A DNA stretch of 64,000 nt, taken from contig CATNEN010000037.1 of NCBI GenBank assembly GCA_950097015.1, forward strand, positions 1,426,001 to 1,490,000, read 5' to 3'. The position numbers were made by a program, and so were the translations under genes. Below the pieces are notes generated by a model. The model saw nothing but the letters and a program-made list of their open reading frames with translations, was not told the DNA's origin and did no database searches. Position 1 is the first letter of the stretch. The number at the start of each line of letters is the position of its first letter. This document shows positions 23,538 to 34,168 of this stretch, one piece after another. This DNA is from Macrostomum hystrix. Taxonomy: Eukaryota > Animalia > Platyhelminthes.

Positions 23538-26500
23538 TCAATTCGCATCTCAGTGACACCTCCCCCCTTGTGGAATCGACGGAGGATTCATCCGGCCCTG
23601 TTAACGCCATCTCCTGCGTCTCGTCCGCGCAGGATAGCCTCCTTCAGCCCATAGTGATGGCCACCTTCTCTGCTCCAGCTGTGAACCCGGCAACTGGGGA
23701 TTCGGCTCCGATCACGGCCCTTATCGATGGCGGTTGCAGCTACACCTACCTTCGAGGCGACATAGCCCGGCGAATCGGCCTCCAGTCCCTCGGTACAATC
23801 AGCCTCGACAGCTCTGCGTGTCATGCCGAATCTCGCCGTCGCGTGCACGCCAACATTGTTCGCCTGGAATTAGCCACACTGGATGGTCGACGCATGCCGC
23901 TGAAGGTGCTCTCAGTCGAGAGGATTGCTCCAGCCATTCACTTACAGGCGCTACAGCTTCCGAAAGATATTCTAACAACCCTCGCCCATCTGCCTCTTGG
24001 GATTGCCAATGCACCCCCGATGGTGGACAAGGAGGTGGACCTGGATCTGCTGATTGGAAATGATTATGCACAGTTACTCGTAGGCCCGAGCGTTGGTGCA
24101 ATACCCCTACGTCGCAGCTTCACCGCTCACCTGACCCCGTTTGGAGCTGTCCTTACCGGCTCCCTCACAGGAACCTCGGACACCCATGCCATCTGCACCC
24201 GGGCCACCGAACTCCTCTGTACCGGGCGCCTCATCGTCAACTCACTCCACGGCTTGACAGAGCAACCTGTCCCGGACAACCTGTCCCATCTGGAGCTACT
24301 TGTAGATAGGATGACCAGTCTCGAGATCCTCGGTCTGGGTCCAAACACAGAACGGACCACGCAAAGCGAAGATCTCCAGACCAAGCGCCTTCTGGATTCT
24401 GCCACTCGGGAACCCGATGGCCGTTTCTCAGTCGCTCTCCCCTTCAAGCCAGGAGCCGAGCAGCTTCCTTCGAATTTCGGCCAAGCCTATGGCCGTGCTC
24501 GCGCAGTTCACAACCGCCTGGATCTCTTGCAACGCATGAAGTACTACGCTGAGTTCGAGAAACGTAAAACCGAGGGCGTACTCGAGATCGTCGACAGTCG
24601 GTCGCCACCTAGACCGATCGTTCACGTCCTACCTCACTTCCCGGTGATAAAGGAATCAAGTAACACAACAAAAATACGACCCGTCGTTGACGCCTCCGCT
24701 CCGACATCCCTTGGAGGCAGCTGCTTGAATGACCTCCTGGAGACTGGACCAAACCTCCTAACCGACCTTCTCCAGGTCCAGCTCCGTCTACGAGTCTACG
24801 AATACGCCTGCGTCAGCGACATCCAGTCTGCATTCTATCAGATAATGGTACACCCCGGGTGTCGAGACGCTCTACGCATCATCCTGCCGAGAGACATCGC
24901 CAAGCCACTCGACCAAGACAACATGCAGCTTTGGCGCTTCACGCGGATCGTAATGGGCGCCAGCCCATCACCCTGGATCCTTCTCACGGTGATCCACAAA
25001 CTCTGCGCCGACGCCATCGCCGGTGGAACCCACCGTTTCGGACTCCACAAGGGCGAGGTTGAATCTATCCCTTCTGGGCTCTACATGGATAACCTCGTGC
25101 AAGGCTACGATTGCAAGACCGAGGGCCCTCGTTTCGTCGCTGGACTGCGGGCTCTATTCCACTCGGGGCAGTTCCACCTCCGGGAGTTCGCAGCAAACGA
25201 CTCACAGGCTCTTCAGGGCCTCCCTGAGGAAGATCGCGTTGAGAACCCAGTCGTCAGAAACCTCGGTATCGTCTGGGACACCGTCAATGACACCATCCGA
25301 CTTGCCAAGCCTACGATTTCATGCGGCATCACGCTTACTCGCGCCAGCTTACTGAGCGTCATCTCCCGCCCCTACGATCCATTTGGATACGTTGCCCCCC
25401 TCGTTCTGGCGGGCCGACTTCTCTACAGGGCGGCATTCAAGCCTAACGATGCCTGGGACACTCTGGCCGATCCTGCCACCGTTGACGCTTGGTCCAGGCT
25501 CCGTTCAGACTTCGTTGACATCGACCGCATTGTCATACCTCGTCGCTGCGTCACGAAGCGCACTGTTCCCAGTCGCCTGGTCATCTTCAGTGATGGTTCA
25601 CCACAGGCGTATGGCTTCACCGTCTATCTGCACCACACTCACGACGGTCGAGTGACCACCACCCTCATCTACGCGAGAGCACGTCTCGTCCCAACTGGCA
25701 AGAAAGGCCTACTAATTACCGTTCCGCGCATCGAACTCTGGGCCGCTCTTATCGCTACCCGCGCGACCCTTCTCTTACGAGATATCCTTACTCCAATGCT
25801 AGAGATCAGCGGTATAACCCACTTTATCGACAGCCAGATTGTCCTTTACTGGCTCATGGACGGTGCCAAGCTCCGTCCCTACGAGTGCCACCGCGTCCAG
25901 GAGATACGCAACTCCGGGTTGACAGAGGACCGCCGCTACGTTCCCACTGCAGAGAATCCGGCCGACCATTGTACCAGGCCCCTAACACTGACCCAGCTTA
26001 TCGCGTCGAACTTCTACACCGGTCCCGAGTTTATTCAACGGCCTTACCATACGTGGACCTCCTGGCCGCTCCCCGGTCAGTCCGTCAACCCACCAGAGGA
26101 AACTCGGCGTAAAGATAAGCCGTCTATTTCGCTTCTGCACGCTACCAAAGGCGTTGATGAGCCCCCACCTGGAGACATGGATATCACTCGTTTCGGATGC
26201 CTCAACACCCTGCTCGGTGCAACCGCATATGTCGTCCGCTTCGTCACGAGGGACAGGACCCGCGGAGTCCCAGGCTTAAACGCGCGCAACGCCGCCCTCC
26301 TTCTCTGGGTCCGGTACACACAGCGTTTACATTACCTCAAGGACATGATCGCTCTTCAATCGGGCAACCCTGGGAATTGTCGGCTGGTGAATCAGCTTGC
26401 CTTGTATCTTGATACCGACGGTTTCGTCCGCTTGAGCTCACGCATGGCCAACGCCAATTTGGACGCTGATGCACTGCACCCGTTGCTCCTGCCCTCGAGG

Positions 26501-27838
26501 AGTCACCTCAGTTATCTATTGATCCGACATATCCACGAGCAGGAGGTACACGCGACTGCCTCCACAGTTCTTAGTCGACTGAGGGAGCGCTTCTGGATTG
26601 TCCGTGGCCTTGCCACTGTGCGCAACGCTCTACGTGGCTGCCTTGTTTGCCGCGCCTCCAAAGCGCCACCCATGACTCGCCCACATCATGGTCAGCTGCC
26701 ACCTGAACGTTTGGACTTCACGCAGCCCGCTTTCCGCTCAATTCTCATCGATCAGTTAGGACCGATATATACATGGGCGTCCACGACAAGGACATCAGCC
26801 AAGCGCTGGGTCCTCATCCTCTCCTGCGCGACCAGTCGTGCTGTGCACCTAGAACCTCTGACGGACTACTCCGCGGACGCGGTGCTCCACGCGTTTGAGA
26901 GATTTTGGGCCCGGCGAGGCCTCACGGAAGGTACAATCTTCCTCGATCAGGCGACGGCATTCCAGGCCACCGCCAAGCTGGTAGATACCCTCCTGGCGCC
27001 GACGTTCCAGCACAAGATCTTCACGGATCTTCAACCTTTTGCCACCACCCGTAGACTCCGTTTCAAGTTCGCACCGGTCCGTTCCCCTTGGCACCAGGGT
27101 GCGGTGGAAAGGCTTGTCGCTCTTACCAAAGCCAGCCTACGGCCGGCACTCTGGCGTCGTCGGATCGATGACGATGAACTGCGGACTCTACTCTGCAGGG
27201 TTGAAGCCGTACTCAACACACGCCCCCTCACGGCTCTCAGCAACGACCCAAGGGATATGCGCCCACTGACACCGGCACATCTTATAGCCCCAAACGTCTG
27301 CCTCGACCTGCCAGCCGCTTCAGAGAGTCTCCTACCACCGGCGGACTCGTCAACCGGCAACGTACTACGGGCGCTCTACTACCGCAGGGAACAGATTATC
27401 GACGCCTTTTGGGATCGCTGGCGCTGCGAATACCTCCAGCATCTGCGATCAATCCATCTGGCAGAACGACGACGCAATCCAGGGGTAACCCAGCAGCCTC
27501 GTCAGGATCAACTCTGCCTTCTCGTTGAGAGCACACCTCGTGCCAGTTGGAAGACTTGTCGCATCCTAGCCCTGCACCCGGATGCACAAGGCGTCGTGCG
27601 CTACGTCACAATCCGCACCAGTGCCGGTTACGAATCCCGGCGTCCTGTCGAGCATCTCGTCCCGCTGGAGGCCGAAGTTGTGGAGCCGGATCCAGAAATC
27701 GGCGCCAGGGCGAAGACCCAGGACAGCTCACCGCAGTCGCCAACGGCAACTAATGTCACGGCTGTACCGACTTCGGTCCGCTCTCTTCGCGCCCGTAAGC
27801 GGCAGGGAGTCCGAGACGCCCTGTTTGACATTCCCTGA
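23366..27838 (+). CDS. Bel/Pao Pol: protease, RT, RNase H, integrase, in the -1 frame relative to gag
   Basis: LIDGGCS/DLLIGND (protease); KIRPVVDAS, SDIQSAF, LYMDN (RT); FSDGS, VPRIEL, DSQIVLYW, NPAD (RNase H); HH-CC, DQLGP, DQATAF, GAVERL (integrase). Uninterrupted for 1490 codons. Confidence 0.95.
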   Translation: MFQLPWGSRGTALPLFQPVPQVRLQAPYLSSWRLPEGTRHPNWSRPLGALARPHQPIVNSHLSDTSPLVESTEDSSGPVNAISCVSSAQDSLLQPIVMATFSAPAVNPATGDSAPITALIDGGCSYTYLRGDIARRIGLQSLGTISLDSSACHAESRRRVHANIVRLELATLDGRRMPLKVLSVERIAPAIHLQALQLPKDILTTLAHLPLGIANAPPMVDKEVDLDLLIGNDYAQLLVGPSVGAIPLRRSFTAHLTPFGAVLTGSLTGTSDTHAICTRATELLCTGRLIVNSLHGLTEQPVPDNLSHLELLVDRMTSLEILGLGPNTERTTQSEDLQTKRLLDSATREPDGRFSVALPFKPGAEQLPSNFGQAYGRARAVHNRLDLLQRMKYYAEFEKRKTEGVLEIVDSRSPPRPIVHVLPHFPVIKESSNTTKIRPVVDASAPTSLGGSCLNDLLETGPNLLTDLLQVQLRLRVYEYACVSDIQSAFYQIMVHPGCRDALRIILPRDIAKPLDQDNMQLWRFTRIVMGASPSPWILLTVIHKLCADAIAGGTHRFGLHKGEVESIPSGLYMDNLVQGYDCKTEGPRFVAGLRALFHSGQFHLREFAANDSQALQGLPEEDRVENPVVRNLGIVWDTVNDTIRLAKPTISCGITLTRASLLSVISRPYDPFGYVAPLVLAGRLLYRAAFKPNDAWDTLADPATVDAWSRLRSDFVDIDRIVIPRRCVTKRTVPSRLVIFSDGSPQAYGFTVYLHHTHDGRVTTTLIYARARLVPTGKKGLLITVPRIELWAALIATRATLLLRDILTPMLEISGITHFIDSQIVLYWLMDGAKLRPYECHRVQEIRNSGLTEDRRYVPTAENPADHCTRPLTLTQLIASNFYTGPEFIQRPYHTWTSWPLPGQSVNPPEETRRKDKPSISLLHATKGVDEPPPGDMDITRFGCLNTLLGATAYVVRFVTRDRTRGVPGLNARNAALLLWVRYTQRLHYLKDMIALQSGNPGNCRLVNQLALYLDTDGFVRLSSRMANANLDADALHPLLLPSRSHLSYLLIRHIHEQEVHATASTVLSRLRERFWIVRGLATVRNALRGCLVCRASKAPPMTRPHHGQLPPERLDFTQPAFRSILIDQLGPIYTWASTTRTSAKRWVLILSCATSRAVHLEPLTDYSADAVLHAFERFWARRGLTEGTIFLDQATAFQATAKLVDTLLAPTFQHKIFTDLQPFATTRRLRFKFAPVRSPWHQGAVERLVALTKASLRPALWRRRIDDDELRTLLCRVEAVLNTRPLTALSNDPRDMRPLTPAHLIAPNVCLDLPAASESLLPPADSSTGNVLRALYYRREQIIDAFWDRWRCEYLQHLRSIHLAERRRNPGVTQQPRQDQLCLLVESTPRASWKTCRILALHPDAQGVVRYVTIRTSAGYESRRPVEHLVPLEAEVVEPDPEIGARAKTQDSSPQSPTATNVTAVPTSVRSLRARKRQGVRDALFDIP

Positions 27839-28221
27839 GTGTTACTTCGTGCACTATGAACCTAGAGTTTACCTCAAAGAGACTAAAACTGATGTTCTAT
27901 CTTCCGCTTCCTAATTTCCTACCTAGCCATCCTAGCCATCCGTACAGCCCCCCCCCAATCTGTCGGATTCATCTGGCAATCCTCCTCGTTAATTCAAGCT
28001 TGCCCTACTGCGCTAAATTTAGCTCCTTGTTACACCTTGTTTACCCATAGACACCCCCAGCCTCAACTGTACTCTTAAATTAAATACAAAGTCGCCCAGC
28101 CGTTCCCCAAAAGAAACTACACACACGCATGTTCGTTCTAGCAACTTAAGCTTAACATAAAGCCTTTGTCTCAGTCAGTTGACGACACTTGTTTACCAAA
28201 TTACGAGGCTCGTAAATGCGG

Positions 28222-28703
28222 CTATGGCATCCTAGTGACAGCCGTGTTGACGACTCTTAGGCTACATCGAACATGCGCGACGGTCGCCTAATAGGCAACT
28301 CCGAACATGTTCTTTGTTCCGAGAACATGTTCTTTTAAATTAATAAGGCTACTTAATGTATATTAAATACCGCTAGGTGAAGAAAAAATAATGAAGAAAA
28401 AACTATGCCTTCCTTGGCATGAGGTCAACAAACAAGACGGAGTTAGACCATACTATGTCTAGTAATATCCTAGTTCACCAGCACTTAACGTACATATTAG
28501 CCAGCAATATAGTTTTCTCTCAACGGCGCATTCAGCACGTAGCTACATATATATTTTTTACATTACGAAGCCTTATAAATTAAAAAGAACATGTTCTCGG
28601 AACAAATAACATGTTCTGATTTGCCCATTAGACAACCGTCGCGCATGTTCGATTACCGTTTCTTAGACCCTATCTCTGTCAACACGGGTGCTTGTGACCA
28701 TAG
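28222..28703. mobile_element. MITE-like element with ~110-140-bp imperfect terminal inverted repeats
   Basis: TCGAACATGCGCGACGGT...GAACATGTT.TTTGTTCCGAGAACATGTTCTTTT (28270-28350) recurs reverse-complemented at ~28570-28652. Exact ends and TSD are unresolved. Confidence 0.7.
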
Positions 28704-29001
28704 ACTAAAGCTAAAATTCTCTAGCAGGCAGATCTTTGATTTAATTAAATGCCTGTAAGACCAAAAGTGCTGCAAAAAGCTATAATATTTATATTAACAT
28801 TATTTCTCTGAAAGAAATAAAAATTATTGCGATCATCAATCAATAATTAGTCCATGGCAATCTGTAGATAGTAAAGAGACATTAGTTTTTGCCACAGACA
28901 AACCACACTGGTAAGCAGCACTTGTGTTTGTACCATTCTTCGATCAGTGAGTTTGAGATAGTTTTAAAACATTCGTATCATCAGCCAGTATACAATAAAT
29001 A

Positions 29002-30171
29002 ATGCTTTCTACTGTTTTGTTAGCAAGTATATTATCTACAATAGCGTTGACTACTAGCGCCAGTTGGCTGATAATGACAGGCAGGAACGCTACAGTAGGA
29101 GTCGAGAAAACTAAAACAAATATGTTCGCGCCGTACACAGTGGGATCAGAGTATCAAAATACTCGGTCCAGCCAGGCGCTCACAATTGGCTGCGAGTTGA
29201 GAATGAACGACTCAACAGAGCTTCAAAACCATAGCATCCAGCTGCAGAAGCTAGGCCACTTGGCTGAAGACGCTCGGCCGAATGTAGTCAGCAAACTATC
29301 AGCTGACAAAAGGATCTTTGCAGTGACGCTTAACCTGATCAGTGCCAAGAAAGCCAAAGAGTCCGCTTACATCTGCTTCGGCCAAGCCAATGGCAGAAAT
29401 GCCAGTGTCACAATCGCATTCCTGTCTGTGCCATTGCTCAGCGTCAGTGTCGAAGGCGACAGTGTCGAAAAATCTCTGGACGAATTAGGCGACGTGACTA
29501 CACACCACGGCACTCGAATCAATGTCACCTGCCATGTGAACGCCTTTCCAGAAGCCGAGGTGAGCTGGTATCGCTCTGAACCGGAGGTGAAGATTTCCAC
29601 AAAAAGCAAGCTAGAACTGGCTGCCGCGGACTACTATAAGTATGTTGTTCGTTCGCTGGTTGGGCGGCGTTTCAAAAATCCGCATTTTCAAAATTTTCGA
29701 ACAAGAATTTCTATTTTTTCTCTATTATTTCTACTCCTCCCAACTCAAATTACCATCAGAGATCGTGGCTTCTATGTCTGCCGAGCGAATAACAGCTTTG
29801 GGACGAATTCGTTCAGGATTTTTCTGCGGGTCAAGAACCCCAGAGACTACCTGAAGCCTCTCATCATCCTGCTATCTTTGGTGCTAGTTTTGGTGGCAAT
29901 CTACATTTTCTACGAGTTGAGAATGCGAGAGAAGCGGCTGCAGAGTGTGCAAAGGCGGGCGGTGGAGACACGCGAGATTCAGCAGAGCGTGGATTCCCGC
30001 AACACTGACGCCTCCCCAAGCGCCATTCCGGTATTTAAGTCACCTGCCACCAAGGAGAAGACCCAATACAAGAGTGCCGCGAGCAGCATGGCCACTTGTG
30101 GCAGACCCGATAAAATCCTAGGATTTAACGTCATAGCCACGACTGCTGTACCTTCCGTGCGCGTACATTAA
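29002..30171 (+). CDS. Basigin/neuroplastin-like two-Ig-domain type I membrane protein; probable 120-nt intron 29640-29759
   Basis: Signal peptide; Ig cysteines (LTIGCEL...YIC; NVTCHVNAFPEAEVSWY...DRGFYVCRANN); LRVK followed by TM LKPLIILLSLVLVLVAIYIFYE, resembling basigin LWPFLGIVAEVLVLVTIIFIYE. GTATGT donor and CATCAG acceptor rejoin as YYK-DRGFYVC. Confidence 0.72.
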   Translation: MLSTVLLASILSTIALTTSASWLIMTGRNATVGVEKTKTNMFAPYTVGSEYQNTRSSQALTIGCELRMNDSTELQNHSIQLQKLGHLAEDARPNVVSKLSADKRIFAVTLNLISAKKAKESAYICFGQANGRNASVTIAFLSVPLLSVSVEGDSVEKSLDELGDVTTHHGTRINVTCHVNAFPEAEVSWYRSEPEVKISTKSKLELAAADYYKYVVRSLVGRRFKNPHFQNFRTRISIFSLLFLLLPTQITIRDRGFYVCRANNSFGTNSFRIFLRVKNPRDYLKPLIILLSLVLVLVAIYIFYELRMREKRLQSVQRRAVETREIQQSVDSRNTDASPSAIPVFKSPATKEKTQYKSAASSMATCGRPDKILGFNVIATTAVPSVRVH

Positions 30172-31140
30172 CTTTTGATTCACTGAACTCATCCGTAAGT
30201 TCTGTTAATTCCAGTATGGATGCAGTTTAACTCTGCTGAACAAGATGCTATCTGCTATTGCAAGATGGCCTCGTAAATATTGTCAATTGCTAATCCATTT
30301 TTCCAAGCGTCTTTTGTTACAAAAAAATGAATAAGAGCAGCATCATTTTATTTCAATCTCCAAGCTTTCGTTTGTTTTTGTATTTTGTGTTTGTATTGTA
30401 TTTTTAATCTGAATAGCGAATTTTTTTGTTTTCAAAAACTTTAGTAGGACGTATGTATAAGTGAAGGCAAACAACACATTAGCAAAGCCAATTTGACTGT
30501 AAGTCTGAAAACTGTATGCAAATTTCCTGCGACTTGTCACTCGTGATTCAGATTTAGGTTATTTGGATTAGGTTAATTTGATTCAGGTTAGTGACTACAG
30601 ATAAAACTGGAACACAGAAGCTTAATTTATACGCTGGAAAAAAGAGTAAACATTTGAGCCACAAACATTATAAAACCCCGAAATGATATGGAGCAAGAGT
30701 TTTTTATCTAAGAAGATCAGAAACCGGAACATTTCAGAAATTTGAAAACTTCTCCAGTAGATAGTAAGCTTACGAAATTCAACACAATTTCTGAAATTGT
30801 TCAATTAAGCTAATTTCGGAAATTCAAGTTCTTTAAACTATCAACGTTTCTTCGAAATTTTAAGACTTTAAAAATCCATACAATTATACCATAGTATTTA
30901 AACACTGAATTATATCTTCCTTTCATGCACAATTTCACTGTTTAAAGACAAACTGATTCAATTATTTACATTCGAGACTAAATTGAGGCTAAAACAATCT
31001 GTCAGTGAAGTGAGTTACAGTTGAGTGCACACAATGTGAGAGCAATGTACTCATGCAGAGTCTACAATTGTACTAAATAGTTTAAATAAATAGTTCAGCG
31101 GTTCAAGAGCAAGTTTTAGAAGCCAACAGCCAGGTTGTAG

Positions 31141-34111
31141 TCAGTACATTCGGCCGCCCTTCTCAAAGAACATGAAGTCCTGCGAATTGGTTTATTGGAT
31201 AGCAATTATACTCGTAATAATAATAATAATTGCAGGAGAGCTGGGAGGCACATCATTTAGTGACAGTTAAATCTGCCCATTCGGTTGACTCCTGAGCGCA
31301 CACGCACACAGGTGTGTACTCGTACATTTGCCCTGACTTTCCCATTGTCACTGTGCCTAGGAGGTTGGCCCTCATGGGCGTAAATTGCACGACAAGCCCC
31401 CAAACCTTTTCTCCGTGGTTGCGCCCAAATTTAATGTGGCCTCGCTACGAAATCTAGCTCAGAGTTCTTGGTGTGGGAGGCAAACGCGTGAGACCGCTCC
31501 GCGTAATCCTGAACAGAACGACGACTTCACTTTGCTCCCATACTATAAAATGCCACCCTCTTGCGGCTAATCGGACACATTGTGGGCTCAATTTAGTGGA
31601 CACATTGTGGACACATTGTCGACCTCTCTTTCAATCGTTCTTTATGCAATCAATCACTGAACCACCTTACCACCTTTGAGGCCAATAAAACATCGCACTA
31701 AATCATCAAGACTTACTCAAATAGAACGGGTCGCAAGACTATATCGCAAGTGTAAATATATATAAAGGCCGATTTTGATCGAAAATTCTTTGAGAAGATG
31801 GCTAAGAAATCGCCCCGCCAGAGCTGACTCACGATGAGGAAGCAGGCGCCAATGATTGTGGCCTTGACATTGAAGTGCAGATCCATTGGGAACGTGATAC
31901 CGAAATTGTCAGCATCCGTAAAGTACTCCTGCATCAGATTGGACCATTGGCGCGAGACCCGGCCCACCTCTTCACCATCGTGAGTTCGAACCTAGAATTG
32001 GTTTTAAGTAAGAAAGCGTTTGTCAGAAATGGAAAGGCTTTAAACCCCCAGTAGTTTTATTTTCGCATCAGCGTGTTGATGAGAGGCAAAATTGTTTTGT
32101 ATTTATAAACAGCCAAAAATTGTGCGCCAAGTTCATTTTCTCGCTATTGCCCGCCTATGCACAATTGCTCCATTGTCTTTTCAGTGACTCAAGGCGAAAC
32201 AGAGCAGAAAATGATGTGAGTCGCAGCGGGTTAGCTCTTCGCCTTTACCATCGGCGAGCCAGGTGCTGCAGAGTAAAATATTATTATAGGAAAACTGGAA
32301 AGCTCAGGTTTCGAATTGGTCAGAACCGAAACTGCACGGTGCCAGACAAGAAACCACTTGAGCTTTCTAACAACTAAAAATACTGTTTAAAGATAGCTGA
32401 TGGGGCTGAGTGGCAGAGCGGTCTAACCCGTTTTTGGCTCTCGCACCAAGGTCCCTAAGCTCGATTCCGCATCGAGACCACATTCCTTTTGGGGCTCAGC
32501 CGCGGAGAGAAGGCTTGGGGTCTTGTCGCCCTTGAGGGCCAACCTCCAAGGTGCAGTGCTCTAACGGCGACAATTCCCCAAGCCTACTCTCTGCGACTGC
32601 GCCCCAAATAAATCTCACAGCGCGGGGGACCTTGTTGCGAGGGGCAAACGCATTTAGAGAGCCAGAAATAATTATCGAGAGCTCTTATCATTTTAGTAGC
32701 GGAAGCTAAAATCCCACACATTTGCCTTCTGAGTGATTTGCGCCCCGGACAAAGCTGGTGGGACTTTTTGAGGTCGTTGGCCCAAAGACGCGCTCTCTGA
32801 CTCCTCCCCCTTTCTGGCCACTGCATGGCTGGCTGGAGCAGTTACGAGCGTATTTGTTGTTGTTGTTGTAAAATCCCAGGTAGAAAATAAGAAAAATCCC
32901 TGGTCGCCCAACTCCAGAGGTCCTCACCGAGAATGGAATGTCATCGCCCGGGCAGTAGCAATGGCAATAGTTGGGCCCGTCAATGCTGAGAACCTTGTCT
33001 CCGGCTGAGTCCAATATCTCGTAGGTGGCCTCGCAGCGGCGGTGAATTTGTCTCACCTGTCCGACCAGCTGGCCAGGCGGGGCCTCAACCGTGACCAGAT
33101 CTTTGCAGCAGTTCATGCAGGACAGGCCCTGGTGGAGGCACATACAGCGGTACGGCCGGGTCACATGGATCACCTCCTCGCCGCTGCTGTCCGTGATGTA
33201 CAGCTCGAAAGCTCGCGATGGACCGCAGCAGTTGCGGGCCAGACTGCTCGACTCTGAGAAGCGGACAGAGGGGAAGCTGACCAGTCACAGTTCACCACCG
33301 AGTGACTGGAATCCCAAAAATATGTTGTTTTCAATAAGAACATAGCTTAAGGGAAGTCTGAGAGATTTTAGACTAATTCTCGGAGATCCCGAAAGAGTTC
33401 TCAGAGAGGGTAAGACTGGTCCTCAGAGGTCCCTTGGATGGGGGAGGGGAAGACTGGTCCTCAGAGTTCCCTGGAATGGGAGAGGGGAAGACTGGTCCTC
33501 AGAGTTCCCTGGAATGGGAGAGGGGAAGACTGGTCCTCAGAGTTCCCTGGAATGGGAGAGGGGAAGACTGGTCCTCAGAGTTCCCTGGAATGGGAGAGGG
33601 GAAGACTGGTCCTCAGAGTTCCCTGGAATGGGAGAGGGGAAGACTGGTCCTCAGAGTTCCCTGGAATGGGAGAGGGGAAGACTGGTCCTCAGAGGTCGCT
33701 ATGACAAAGGTTCCCACATGGGAAATTACACAGTTACTGTGCCACTTACTCTCATTTGCAAAGTAGATTGGCTGCCCCATTGTGTTTAGCACGACGTACT
33801 GATTCGGTAGGTCAAGCCCAATGAGAACTGAATGATAAAATGTTAAACGTATGAATCGTGTATCTAGTATATTAGTGCGAAATGCGATTTTCTAAAGGCG
33901 CTTAGCACTGCACAGTTGCTACCTACTTTCCATGACCTCCTTCTGCTGCTTGATGAGTAGCTGGTCAACCTGCATGAGGTAGCGCAAGCCAGGTGGATAG
34001 CCGCCCGGAGACTCCGGCAGGGGCATCCATTCGTCCTTTGACTGCCCTGGCTGCTGCTGCTGCTGATAGTAAGCAGACTTTCGTCTACTTGCCGGTTCAT
34101 TGCTTCTACCG

Positions 34112-34168
<57 letters not shown>

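Larger units (their letters stand above)
21959..28187 (+). mobile_element. Full-length Bel/Pao LTR retrotransposon; LTRs 21959-22185 and 27961-28187 (227 bp); TSD CTTGT
   Basis: LTRs have TGTCG...CGACA termini and I count 1 mismatch between them. CTTGT lies at 21954-21958 and 28188-28192. PBS TGGTAGCAGAGCGTGGTTT (22189-22207) is complementary to the initiator tRNA-Met 3' end. Confidence 0.97.

Noticed and set aside
25080-25095. RT active site YMDN instead of YxDD
   Set aside because: YxDN is a known variant in Bel/Pao elements, so it is not evidence of inactivity or novelty.
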